Origin: Octopus vulgaris
Taxonomy: Eukaryota
NCBI GenBank assembly: GCA_951406725.2
Contig: OX597817.1
Span: forward strand, 78,740,001-78,804,000
Reading direction: 5' to 3'
DNA length: 64,000 nt
Part shown: piece by piece, positions 53,020 through 64,000 of the stretch
Layout of the letters: each line of letters starts with the position of its first letter
Numbering within the stretch: position 1 is the first letter of the stretch
Translations under genes and position numbers: made by a program
Notes under the pieces: model-generated
What the model was told of the DNA's origin: nothing
The model's input: only the letters and a program-made list of their open reading frames with translations
Database searches by the model: none

Positions 53020-53278
53020 GTGTCACATAAAAGTGCCCATGCGATGCTATGTAAAAGTGCCTGTGCAGTGCCACATAAAAGCACTTGTGTGGTGTCACAT
53101 GGAGGCATCTGGCACACATTGTAAAGTAGTTGGCATTAGCAACGGCATCCAGCTGTAGAAACCATGCCAAATCAGACCGGAATCTGGTGTAGCTCCCCAG
53201 CTTGCCAGCTCTGGTCAAACTGCCCAACCCATGCCAGCATGGACAACAGACATTAAATGATGATGATGATGATGATGC
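53020..53278 (+). mobile_element. Retroposon 3' fragment, family D, ending in (GAT)n
   Basis: GGCATCCAGCTGTAGAAAC...CCATGCCAGCATGGAC..GACATTAAATGATGAT. Homologues at ~56490-56660 and 63346-63665, and reversed at ~6310-6540, 34650-34810 and 46570-46670. Confidence 0.75.
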
Positions 53279-54003
53279 ATATGTATGTATGTATGTTAAA
53301 CTGGCACCACATCGGTTACGACGATGAGGGTTCCAGTTGATCCAACCAACAGAACATTCTGATCTTGTAATTAATGTGCAAGTGGCCAAGCACTCCACAA
53401 ACCTGCATACCCTTAACATAGGTCTCAGTGAGATTCTACATGACACAAAATGTGACCCAGCTGGCCTTTTGAATTACAGGTACAAGTCACTTTTGTTTTG
53501 ACCAGCAGCTGAGTGAACTCCATGTATACATGTATATCATCTCCTCCTCATGTAATATTCACATTCTATGCTGTCATGTGTTGGACAATTTGCTAGGCTG
53601 TGATGGTTCCAAGGACTGTATTGTGCACCAGTTACCTGCTTTGACACGGTTCCTATAGTTAGATGCCTTTCCAAATATCAACCACTTTGCAGTATGTACT
53701 TGGTGTTTTTTTTCTCCTGGCACCCAGCACTTATATGGTTATCATGGAGCTTGCAAGACCATGAAACCTACTCGGAGTTGATGGGTTAATGTATGAGTGA
53801 AGGGGCCATAAGTGAAGTAGAACAGATTTTTCATATGTGTGTGAATATTTACATATGGAAGATTATATATTATTTTACTGAATTGCTTCATAGGTATTTG
53901 GCCATACTGGGGCACTGCTTTAAAGGCTTTCAGTTGATAATTTTATATTTCAGACTAGTGTATATTTTATCAATCTGTATTTCTCAACGTCTACAAAGGT
54001 GAT

Positions 54004-54034
<31 letters not shown>

Positions 54035-55323
54035 AATAGCAATGATGATGATGACGATGCTGATGATGGTGATTGTGATGATGTTAATGATGATGAGGAG
54101 GGGGAGGAATATTATAAATTTAATTGTAGAGGCAAGAAATAATAATGATTATTATGATGCTAATTTCAGAGGTAATTAAAAAAAGACACTAAGCAGAACA
54201 GAGACAAGAACAGCTAAATGGTAACACTTCCACTGATTTGGACATGTTATACTGTACACCTAGGAGAGCAGAATTGAAGTTGTGACCCTCAAGCTTTTTC
54301 CAGTACCAATCAAATCTACCATCATATCAATCAGTGCATCATGCAACAGTTCTTCCTGTTTTTTTTTAATCAACAACTGTCATCACCCTCCATTCCCTCA
54401 CCCCCCCACACACACACTTTCCATTGACTCCTTTTACATCTGCTTTTCAATGCTAGCATGAGTTAGGTGAATACATATTATGGAGGCATTGTTTTACAAT
54501 GTATTTCAGTATGTATTTTTAGTTTTCTGTCTAGGAAATTTCTACACTTGGAATTATGTTCACTTTGCAAAAACTGTAAAAATAAAAAGAAGGAAAGTAA
54601 AAAAAAAAATAAATAAAAGTAAAATAACATTTGGCATATCTACAATCTGCATGCACCACATGTATTTAAGTATGTATGTTCCTCAGAAAAAAACGAAGCC
54701 AAATTGGAACATTTCCCCAGGAATATATTCTTCTCATGTTTAACTTATAACTTTAAGAGAACTGTCCATGCTGAAATATTAAATATTCTTAGCTTTATTT
54801 TCTGTAATTTAATCAGAATACAATTACCACTTGATTATAGCACTGACCAAAAATTGGTATAAGTATGCAAAATTTAACAAAGAAATGAAATAAAAACATA
54901 GAAAATACATATACAATTAAACAAAATATTAAACTAATTGCTGAAAATGATTATTTCTTTGCCAAAATACATCAAGTCAGGCATAAAATAGAATAAAAGA
55001 ATGACAAAATGCAGTAAAAATAAATAGAAAAGTCCTTAATTAGAAGTTAATTGTATTGATAAAAAAAAATGAAATTTTGTTGGAAATTCTGCCAAAATTT
55101 GACCAACGTTTTGCATTAGTCAAATTATTTACTTGAAGAAGGTAGGTTTTGTTTTTAAGATTAAATACAAAATTTCTTTGAGTAAGAGTTAAGATTTTAG
55201 TGACTTGAGCCAACAAACCCATTGCAAGTTCAAATTGCAACCATTTCACTTTCTTATATGACAGATATCCTCCAGAATACTATTACTCTTAATTTAGTAC
55301 ACACATTTGAAACAGCATTTAGG

Positions 55324-55510
55324 TTAACCCTTTAACATTTGGATTACTCTATCAGTTGTAATGCTTATTCATTCACATTGTTTTGAATTAATCAAGAATT
55401 ATCTCATAGCTTTGAAATTTCGATCATGAAATTGTTTATGATTTGAATACCATTGCTTGAACATAAAGTAGAAAGAACGTTTTGAGTCAGTTATGACAGG
55501 TTCAAATAAC
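55324..55510. mobile_element. Possible piggyBac-type MITE remnant
   Basis: Begins TTAA|CCCTTT. A similar end, AAAGGG|TTAA, occurs at ~5905-5914. No partner TIR is clear. Confidence 0.35.
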
Positions 55511-55634
55511 TATTTAATGTATCCTCACATCTCCCACTCTACTGCTTCTACATCTTGCTCAACATTCACCCACCTTCTAGTCTGTCCTTGAGTCCCATGA
55601 GGTCACCTCTATCCTTGCTCATCACTCACTAGAG

Positions 55635-55961
55635 TAAAGACCCACTTTGGTCATGAATGACTGGGATTGCACCTAGAAAGTTCTCCTCTGAGGAACAAGT
55701 CCGGGCAAGGTTGTTTATGGAAGACCAGTAGTCACCCATACATACCAGCCTCTCCTCTCCACACCACCGATGTTATCCAAGGGAAAGGCAAGGGCTGATA
55801 CAATTTGACACCAGTGACATTGCAACACATTTTTACAGCTGAGTGAACTGGAGTAATATGAAATAAAGTGTCTTGCTCAAGAACCCAACACACAGCCTGG
55901 TCTGGGAATTGAACTCACTACCTCGTGATTGTGAGCCTGATGCTCTAACCACTAAGCCATG
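55635..55961 (-). mobile_element. SINE family C, head interrupted by an insertion
   Basis: Reverse complement of 42569-42877. Confidence 0.82.
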
Positions 55962-56141
55962 ATAGATCGCTACCCACTGAATCTTTTTCTATTTTCTCTC
56001 CCTGTTTATTTCTGTGTTCCTTTCTGTCAAAGAGCGTAGGCTCAAAACGTAAAAGACTTTCTCACTTCCCGACCGTTAAACTAATACATCTGTTTATTGT
56101 TTACATACCCATCTTTGTCTTTTGTTTTTTTTGTAAATTCT
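55962..56141 (+). mobile_element. 180-bp insert with minimal hammerhead-like motif and 12-bp TSD (copy B)
   Basis: CACTAAGCCATG occurs at 55950-55961 and 56142-56153; motif at 56020-56055. Confidence 0.82.
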
Positions 56142-57234
56142 CACTAAGCCATGCATCCCCATCTCTAACTGTCTGCTAAACTCCTCTTGCCCGCTTATGA
56201 AACTAATCATCCTTTCTTTTCCTCCATCTTTGATCCACTAACTGCATCCTCTCCTATGTTCACCTTCTTGTACTTTGTGAGTTTGCTCTAGCATCTTTAT
56301 CTTCTTTTCAGCAACTACTACTCACCTTTATATAATGTGTGGTAGCTATGTTTTCCCTTCATAGCAAGACACCTACATTTGTCTCTCTTACCTTCCTGGC
56401 ATCAAACCACCTTCCCATTGCTATTTTCCCCCACCCCTACTTAATTTTGAGGATTTCTTTTTCTATTTTGCTACTTACTTAGCAGTCCCACCAGTACCAC
56501 TGGCATGGGAAAAGTACCCAGTACACACTGTAAGGTGATTGGGCATTAGGAAGGGCATCCTGTCATAGAATCATACCAAAGCTTACACTAGAGCCCGGTA
56601 CAACTCTCTGGCTTGTCATGAATGAAAAAATAGACATTAAATGATGAAGATGATGATGATGTAATTTGTATACAAATGAGTTTTGTGTATTAAAAACCAC
56701 AGGGCTCCCTCAGAATACTAGTGGACTGCCAAACATCATGTTTCAAAATAATTTGATCCTTTCAGTGACAAATACCCCTGGACATTTGGAACTTAGTCAA
56801 AAATTACTTGTTCTGATGTAGAAACTGGTAGACAAAACATTTACTGAATAGTGTGAAAGTGAACCAGGCAAGAATTAAATTGATATGCACACTTGAAATG
56901 GAATCAGATTAAAATACCCGTGTGAATCATGAATTGATATTGAATATATATCTGTAAATTTTTGGTTTTCTTATTCTTTTATTCTTTTATATGTTTCAGT
57001 CCAATGACTGTGGCCATGCTGGAGCACCACCATTAAAAGAAAAAAAGCTTTAAAAAAAACCTCTTCAAAGAGTTTTTTGTATAGCACAAGGTCATCTTTG
57101 ATCATGCAGGGTTTTCAATTCTATCCCACTGCATGACACCTTGGACAAGTTTCTTCTTTTTATTATAACCATGGGCCAACCAACGTGTATGTGTGTGTGT
57201 GTGTATGTGTGAGTGTGTGTGCGTATGTGTGTGT

Positions 57235-57400
57235 GTAGTTCAGATTTACAGAAAAACAAGACGAAGACAGGTGTAGGAACAAGAAGCAGCTGTATTAATT
57301 TAACACTCAGGAAAAATGGAAAAGTCTTTTACATTTTGAGCCTATGCTCTTCAACAGAAAGGAGTAAGAGGCAAAAATAGAGAGAGAATGAAAAGCAAAT
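57235..57400 (-). mobile_element. Same minimal-hammerhead repeat family (copy C)
   Basis: Minus strand CTTTCTGTTGAAGAGCATAGGCTCAAAATGTAAAAG at 57326-57361, plus a homologous downstream body. Confidence 0.7.
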
Positions 57401-57594
57401 GGAGAGAGAAAGCTGTAGTGTTCAGCAGTCCAACACAGTGAGATAACAAGGGGGGAAAAGGTTGAATGAAAGGGAGATTATAATAGAAAACAAGGTTGAA
57501 TGGAAGGGAGATAATAATGGAGATCCCAACGAACTAAGGTGTATAAGCATGTGTGTCTGTTAGAATGTGTGAATGGGAACAAGTGAATTTGACA

Positions 57595-57633
<39 letters not shown>

Positions 57634-57879
57634 GTGCGTGTGTGTGTGTTATGTGTAGCAATTGATGTGTGCTTTTTCAAGTGGTGTGTGCACATGTGTA
57701 TGTGTGTGTGCCTACTCGTATAGTGGGATGTGTGGTAATTCTATTGAAAATAGTGTGTGGGTGTGTGGATAATGGTGTGTGGTGCGAGTGCTGAGAAGTG
57801 GTCAGTGATACACAGACATACACACTAACACATGCATGCATATATATCATCATATGTACATATTATTATTAATAATAAA

Positions 57880-58095
57880 AATGATTTCAAATATTAGTAC
57901 AAGGTCAGCAGTTTTCAGGATGGTGGGGTAAGGTGATCCAACCCAAGTCTTCAGCTGTATTTGTTTTAACAACCCCCAAAAGGATAAAAGCAAGGTCGAC
58001 CTTGGCAGAATTTGAACACACAATGTAAAGATGGACGAAATACTGGTAAGCATTCTGACCAGCATGCTAACAATTCTACCAGCTCATCCCCTTAA
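57880..58095 (-). mobile_element. SINE family B, diverged
   Basis: GGTCGACCTTGGCAGAATTTGAAC...TTCTACCAGCTCA. Confidence 0.7.
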
Positions 58096-58333
58096 CAACA
58101 ATTGTAATGATGAAATAAAAGGAGTCACAAGCCTTCAAAAGTTAGGGAATTTGCAACTAAACCAAAAGTTTATTAATTAATAACACAAATATGTAACAAA
58201 TAAAGTAATTCTTCATCTTTAGGGCATATCATAATCATTAAAATTTTTCACATCATTGTTGTGGTTGCTGTTGGTTTTATTGTTGTAGTTGTTGTTTTTG
58301 TCGTTATTGTTGTTGTAACTGCTATTGCATTTG

Positions 58334-58367
<34 letters not shown>

Positions 58368-58627
58368 TGTATGTATATATATATATGTATGTATGTATAA
58401 AATTTAGAGAAAAACCTCTATTAAACAATTCAATAGTGAAAGACGTTATTCACACCATATAGAAAAAGTTAAATATACTATAGAAATCATTATTCTAAAA
58501 ATCAATAGAGTACCTAAACAATAAATAGTAAATAGAAAATAGATACATATATTATATATTGTGAAATTTGGTTTAGAATTGCTAAATTGAATTTTTCCCT
58601 GTAAGTTTGGAATTATATTTCCTACTA

Positions 58628-58850
58628 TGGCAGAAATGTTAGCACACCGGGCGAAATGCGTAGCCGTATTTCGTCTGCTGTTACATTCTGGGTTCAAATT
58701 CCGTTGCGGTCGACTTTGCCTTTCATCCTTTCGGGGTCGATAAATTAAGTACCAGTTACGCACTGGGGTCGATGTAATCGACTTAATCCCTTTGTCTGTC
58801 CTTGTTTGTCCCCTCTGTGTTTAGCCCCTTGTGGGTAGTAAAGAAATATA
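58628..58850 (+). mobile_element. SINE family B, young-looking
   Basis: TGGCAGAAATGTTAGC...GGTTCAAATTCC...GCCTTTCATCCTTTCGGGGTCGATAAATTAAGTACCAG. Confidence 0.88.
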
Positions 58851-58957
58851 TTATTATTATTATTATATATGTATGTGTGTGTGTGTGTGTACGTGTACTT
58901 GAAGGTGCATGGCTTAGTGGATACATCATTAGGATCATAATCATGAGGTAGTGAGTC

Positions 58958-59060
58958 TTGCAAAAAGCAGGCTTATTGGGCACAGCCCACATGTTAAGGA
59001 AAGTATTATCTGTCTGGGATCCTTGTTGTGACTTTACAGATGACTAGAGACTCCGAGGGG
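58958..59060 (+). mobile_element. 3' end of an R4/Dong-like (restriction-like endonuclease) LINE
   Basis: Peptide LQKAGLLGTAHMLRKVLSV resembles the QKAVLLGTAHILRKVL C-terminus of this group. Confidence 0.65.
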
Positions 59061-59879
59061 CAGCACATTGTCAATACTATTAACCCCAGTTCTTCACTCC
59101 TACTTTATTTTCTTGACCTGGAAAGGATGAAAGGCAAAGTTGATCTTGGACATGATTTGCACTGAAAATGTAAAGAGCCAGAAGAATTGCTACTAAGCAT
59201 TTTGTACAATGAGCTAACAACTCTGCCAATAATAACAATAACAATAATAATGTTAATAATAATAATTTCTACTTTAGGCACAAGACCAGTAGTCCCAAAG
59301 AACAGGGGCCAATTAATACCAAAGGCCCCATTACTAGACTTTATTTTATTGACTCTGAGGAGATGAAAGGCAAAATTGACCTCAGCAGGAATTAAAGTGG
59401 CAGAACAAATACTGCAAAGCAGTTTTTCTAACACAGTAATGATTTTACTAGAAGATGAAACTATGCAATATAATCGCTGTGGCATATCCATTTGACAGCA
59501 GAGTAAAAGGAAGTGTAAAAGAGAATGTAGCACTTTGTACCATCATGATATATGAAATCCTCAAGTGCTGGAACCAAGAAATTGAGAAGGTCATGATGCA
59601 GTCAATTATTATCATTATTGTTTTGCAACACAAATATCCTAAAATAATTCAGTAAATTCAGTGATAGAAAATAGACTTAAAGCATTGCATCTTGTTGAGT
59701 TTATTGTCATTACATTGAAAGGACCATTGAAGATATATAAATCTTAAAAATGATTAATACTCGGTTAGGAAAAAATACACAATCCAAAGAAACTAGGACT
59801 GAATTTACAGAGAGCTCGATTAATGGTACACGAACTGTAAAGTTTGGATGAATCAAATTTTCAAATCTAACTTTGATAA

Positions 59880-60040
59880 GCACAGGCATAACTGTATGGT
59901 AAGAAGTTAGCTTCCCAGCCATATGGTTCTAGGTTGAATCCACTGCATAGTGGCTTGGGTGAGTTGTCTTCTACCCTAGGTTCAAGCTGATCAAAATCTT
60001 ATGAGTAGGCCTGGTAGACAGGAACTGACAGAAGTCCGTT
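59880..60040 (+). mobile_element. SINE family A, 5' half, diverged
   Basis: CTGTATGGTAAGAAGTTAGCTTCCCAGCCATATGGTT...GGAACTGACAGAAG. Confidence 0.65.
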
Positions 60041-60664
60041 GAATATGTAGACAGATATTTATATGTGTGCCTGAGTGTATGTGTGTGTTTGAGTAAGTGT
60101 GAGTATGTACACACGTGTGTGAGTTTGTGTGTAGCCTTGGTTTGGAATTTCATAATGGTTGTAAATGGTCACCATCATCATACAGGTGATGTTATTTGTT
60201 TCTAGTCTATGAGGAAAAACATGTCTGGTGATGGCAAAATATTTACCTTACTTTGAAACAGGTGAGTGTGGGCAACAAAAAGGGCATCCAACATTAGAAT
60301 ATTTGTCTCAACAAATTCTGTCAGACACATGGAAGCATGGAAAAGGGGACATTAAAAAGGCGATGATGATGATTACTGAACTTAATTGAAAATTTGACTC
60401 TAGTTACAAATTCAGAGAACAAATGATTAGGAAAAGTATAAAGAAATATCATTGCTTTTGTCAATTGTTTAATAATTATGAGTATCAGGAAATCTAATCA
60501 ATGTAAACATTGACAGATTTCAGTTATACTAAGAACAGAATAAACACAGTTAGGATTACATAGGATAGACACAAGCTTTCATACAGTGAATTTTTATCCT
60601 ATCATTATTTTGAGATTTAATCTACAAAAAGGTGTCATCTCCTGGTATGGAGAAGACTTAAGTT

Positions 60665-60719
60665 ACAGCATCGGTTGTCAAGCGATGTTGGGGGGACAAA
60701 CACAGACACACAAACGTAT

Positions 60720-60767
<48 letters not shown>

Positions 60768-60930
60768 GATGGGCTTCTTTCAGTTTCCATCTACCAAATC
60801 CACTCACAAGGCTTTGGTCTACCCAAGGCTATAGAAGAAGACACTTGCCCAAGGTGCAATGCAGTGGGACTGAACCTAGAACCATGTGGTTCATAAGCAA
60901 GCTACTTACCACACAGCCACTCCTTCGTCT
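60665..60930 (-). mobile_element. SINE family A lacking its tail
   Basis: CAGCATCGGTTGTCAAGCGATG through ACCACACAGCCACTCC. Confidence 0.87.
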
Positions 60931-61699
60931 ATGTTCCTAATTTTTTTTTATCTGAATTCTTAGACAATTGAACCACAAAGATTCATTCTACTTACTAATT
61001 TCATCACATCTTCAATCTTCTGTCATTTTTTAGATTGCATCAACTACTCTATTAGTTATCCTTGAGCACATCTTCCAAATACAGCAGAATATTATCGTAC
61101 TGGCAGTCATGAAGACAGCAACCAAGTGAAAGCATCAAACCTGTCATGTTGTGTCCAGTATATCAGACCTGGATTAATGAAGGCACATCATCGAAGCAGT
61201 TGAAAACAGTGACAAAGCAAACCAATTAATTAAGCAATTGATAGATTAATTAGTGATCCACTTGAAAGACAATTAAAAAGAAAAGAATTGAAATAGGATC
61301 AGTGTGGGTGTTTTTATTGGTAAAATTGAATTTCCCAAGATACAATAACATCTGTTTCAGCATATAATTTTACATCAAGCATCTGGCAAAAGAAATACAA
61401 AAATGAAATTTTATTGAACTTATTTAATATGTTTGTTGATTTTAAATTTTACATATGTCCTGCAGGGAATTTTTATCAACAAATTGTATGAATAATTTCA
61501 GATAAACGAAGTTTTACATATATAAAACTGTAACGTATATGTATATTTAGTAATGCAATCCTCTCTTGAGATTTTTGCTTTCCTCTCAACCTCTTTGTTG
61601 AGAGGAAATCATATCACTATATTCCTTATATTCCTACATAGAAGGACCGCTTTTAAGTTTTGCCAGGTCAGCAGTCTATGCTTCACTGGAAAGACTTAA

Positions 61700-62400
61700 T
61701 ATGACCAAATCATATCTGTTGCTTTCACCAAGTAACTTTCCCAAGATCTTTTTTTAATGTCTTTAATTATCAAAAATTTCAGTTATTTGATTTTATTGGA
61801 GTTATCTTCCTTGTTTATTCGTTTTTAGATTCTAAATACTTCCAGAAAAAGATTTTATCTACATACTGCATAAATAATCTCAGTTAAGTGAGGCTTCCAC
61901 ATGTGAGAGACCTTTTCATACTAGTAGTGACCATAGTCATTTGACATTGCCAGGAATTAGGCTATGAGTAAAGGATTTCAATCATTTTGGTTCAAGCAGC
62001 AAAGAATTTTTTTCTATTTTCTATCTTAAGTAACCAAGGAATGTTTGGTATATATATGACAATTTGTCATATACAGTGTAATGATGAGTCATTTAATAAA
62101 TGAAATTAAATAAGTCAAGTTTCCATCATACTTTTTGAGCATTTTACCTACAACAATAACATCGTTGAAATAGGTGTCAGCTTGTCTGATGCCATTGTCT
62201 ATAATTATACCATTCCTGATTCTTTGAAAAGCACTTGCGACATTTATTACATTAATGAGTAACTTTAAAAGCTGGAATAAGTGTCCATCAGCATAAAATA
62301 CAATGTATCAGTGTATCTCTTATTGTAATTGTAGATAGGAACTGAATGATATGCTGTTTTCCATATCAGCTTAGCTGCAGTGATTTTGTATGAATTATAA
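61700..62400 (-). pseudogene. Possible heavily decayed LINE reverse transcriptase
   Basis: IVFYADG (YADD-like) near 62290 on the minus strand; the rest is too decayed to align by eye. Confidence 0.3.
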
Positions 62401-62899
62401 AGCATTAGATCATCAATATTCCTTTCTGGTTATATGTAGCAATTTTGAGAGGAGGGGCATAGACAATACATCAACCCCCACAGTACTTGACTGATGTTTT
62501 GTTTCAATGGCCTAACAAGGATGAAAAGCAAAGCTGACTTCAGCAAGTTTAGAATTCAGAACATTTAGTGCCAGAAGAAATATCACAAAACAAATTTTTT
62601 TTTCTGATGCTCCAAATATTCTGCAGCTCACAGTCAATTTCAGAAAGAATTGTAAATGAGCATCCTCATCATATAAACAACACCATTCATTACTAGTTTT
62701 CTGAGAAAACGTCTTGCCCCAAGGAAATATTACCTTACTCAACAAAATCTACTTCAACTAATTTCATCTGAGCCAAGCATGCACAGCAGAGGACCTTAGA
62801 AAAGATAATAGCAATAAGGATATGCGTGTGGGTGTATATATATATATATGTGTGTGCATATGTTTGTATGTATGTATATGCACTCCCACGAACATCTTT

Positions 62900-63121
62900 T
62901 GTGTTTTACTTGTTCAAGTCATTAGACTGTGGCAATGCTGGAGCACTGGCTTGGGGGATATTAGCTGAACAAATTGACCCTAGTACTTTTTGAAAGCCAG
63001 GTACTTATTCTATTGTTCTCTTTTGCCAAACTCAAAGTTATGGGGACATAACCACATGAAACATTGGTTGTCAAGTGGTGGTAGGTGGACAAACACAGAC
63101 ACAAACACACATATATATACA

Positions 63122-63161
<40 letters not shown>

Positions 63162-63189
63162 GTGTATATATATATATATATATATATAC

Positions 63190-63220
<31 letters not shown>

Positions 63221-63221
63221 C

Positions 63222-63252
<31 letters not shown>

Positions 63253-63345
63253 CATGTGTGTATATATATATATATATATATACATACAGGTAGCAGGCTT
63301 CTTTCAGTTTCTGTCTGCCAAGTACACTCACAAAGCTTTGGTCAG
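62900..63345 (-). mobile_element. SINE family A with expanded microsatellite linker
   Basis: Tail and second half at 62900-63110, a (TA)n/CATGTG linker, and part of the first half. Confidence 0.8.
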
Positions 63346-63665
63346 CTGGTGGCACGTAAAAGGCACCATTTGAGCATGATCGTTACCAGCATCACCTTAC
63401 TGGCACCTGTGCCGGTGGCATGTGTAAAAAGATTTGAGCAAGGTTGTTGCCAGTGCCGCCTGACTGGCCTCCATGCCAGTGGCATGTAAAAGCACCCACT
63501 ACACTCTCGGAGTGGTTGGCATTAGGAAGGGCATCCAGCTGTATAAACTCTGCCAGATCAAGATTGGAGCCTAGTGCAGCCATCTGGTTTGCCAGCCCTC
63601 AGTTAAATCGTCCGATCCATGCTAGCATGGAAAGCAGACGTTAAACAATGATGATGATGATGATG
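63346..63665 (+). mobile_element. Retroposon 3' fragment, family D
   Basis: TGGCATTAGGAAGGGCATCCAGCTGTA...CCATGCTAGCATGGAAAGCAGACGTTAAAC(ATG)n. Confidence 0.8.
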
Positions 63666-64000
63666 GTTAAATGTTAAATTTAACAAAACCTATGTGATAC
63701 TATCACTTTATGTAGAAGCTCTCAGTCTTGAAGGATAGAGATGGAAATCCTTAAAAGCTTTCATTTTTGATGTGGAAGAGGTTAAATTTCTGATGAAAGT
63801 CAATAATATTTGGATTAATTTAATCCACTCTAACCCTCTGACCCAATTATACAGTCTCATGTCAACCTTACAAATTATCATTATTTCTTTTTGGTAATTA
63901 ATTAGTTAGATGAAAATGTTTTAAATGTACACATAAATAAATAAAAAAAGAAATAAGATAGGAAGAAGATGAAGCAATTAATTAAGTTCTAATTTTTCAG

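Overview
AT-rich, microsatellite-saturated eukaryotic DNA with no supportable host protein-coding exon. The repeat complement (several tRNA-derived SINE families, dense (TA)n/(CA)n/(ATCT)n/(AAT)n) looks like an octopus genome; this is pattern recognition, not a database result. Almost all listed ORFs are microsatellite artefacts. The real coding remnants are transposon pseudogenes: a pogo/Tigger transposase, a full-length DD37D (maT) element, a DD36E Tc1-like element, two mariner elements, fragments of RTE, CR1/L2-like and R4/Dong-like LINEs, and a Penelope-like GIY-YIG endonuclease. There is also a non-autonomous Helitron, a Helentron-like element and MITEs. The most striking signal is about ten type I hammerhead-ribozyme or hammerhead-like motifs in several distinct repeat families. 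These include a 538-bp tandem unit with retrozyme/pLTR architecture and a 180-bp hammerhead-bearing insert with a 12-bp target-site duplication. Most cores carry mutations, so activity is untested. All motifs were read by eye, and repeat boundaries are approximate to about 10 bp unless a TIR or TSD fixes them.
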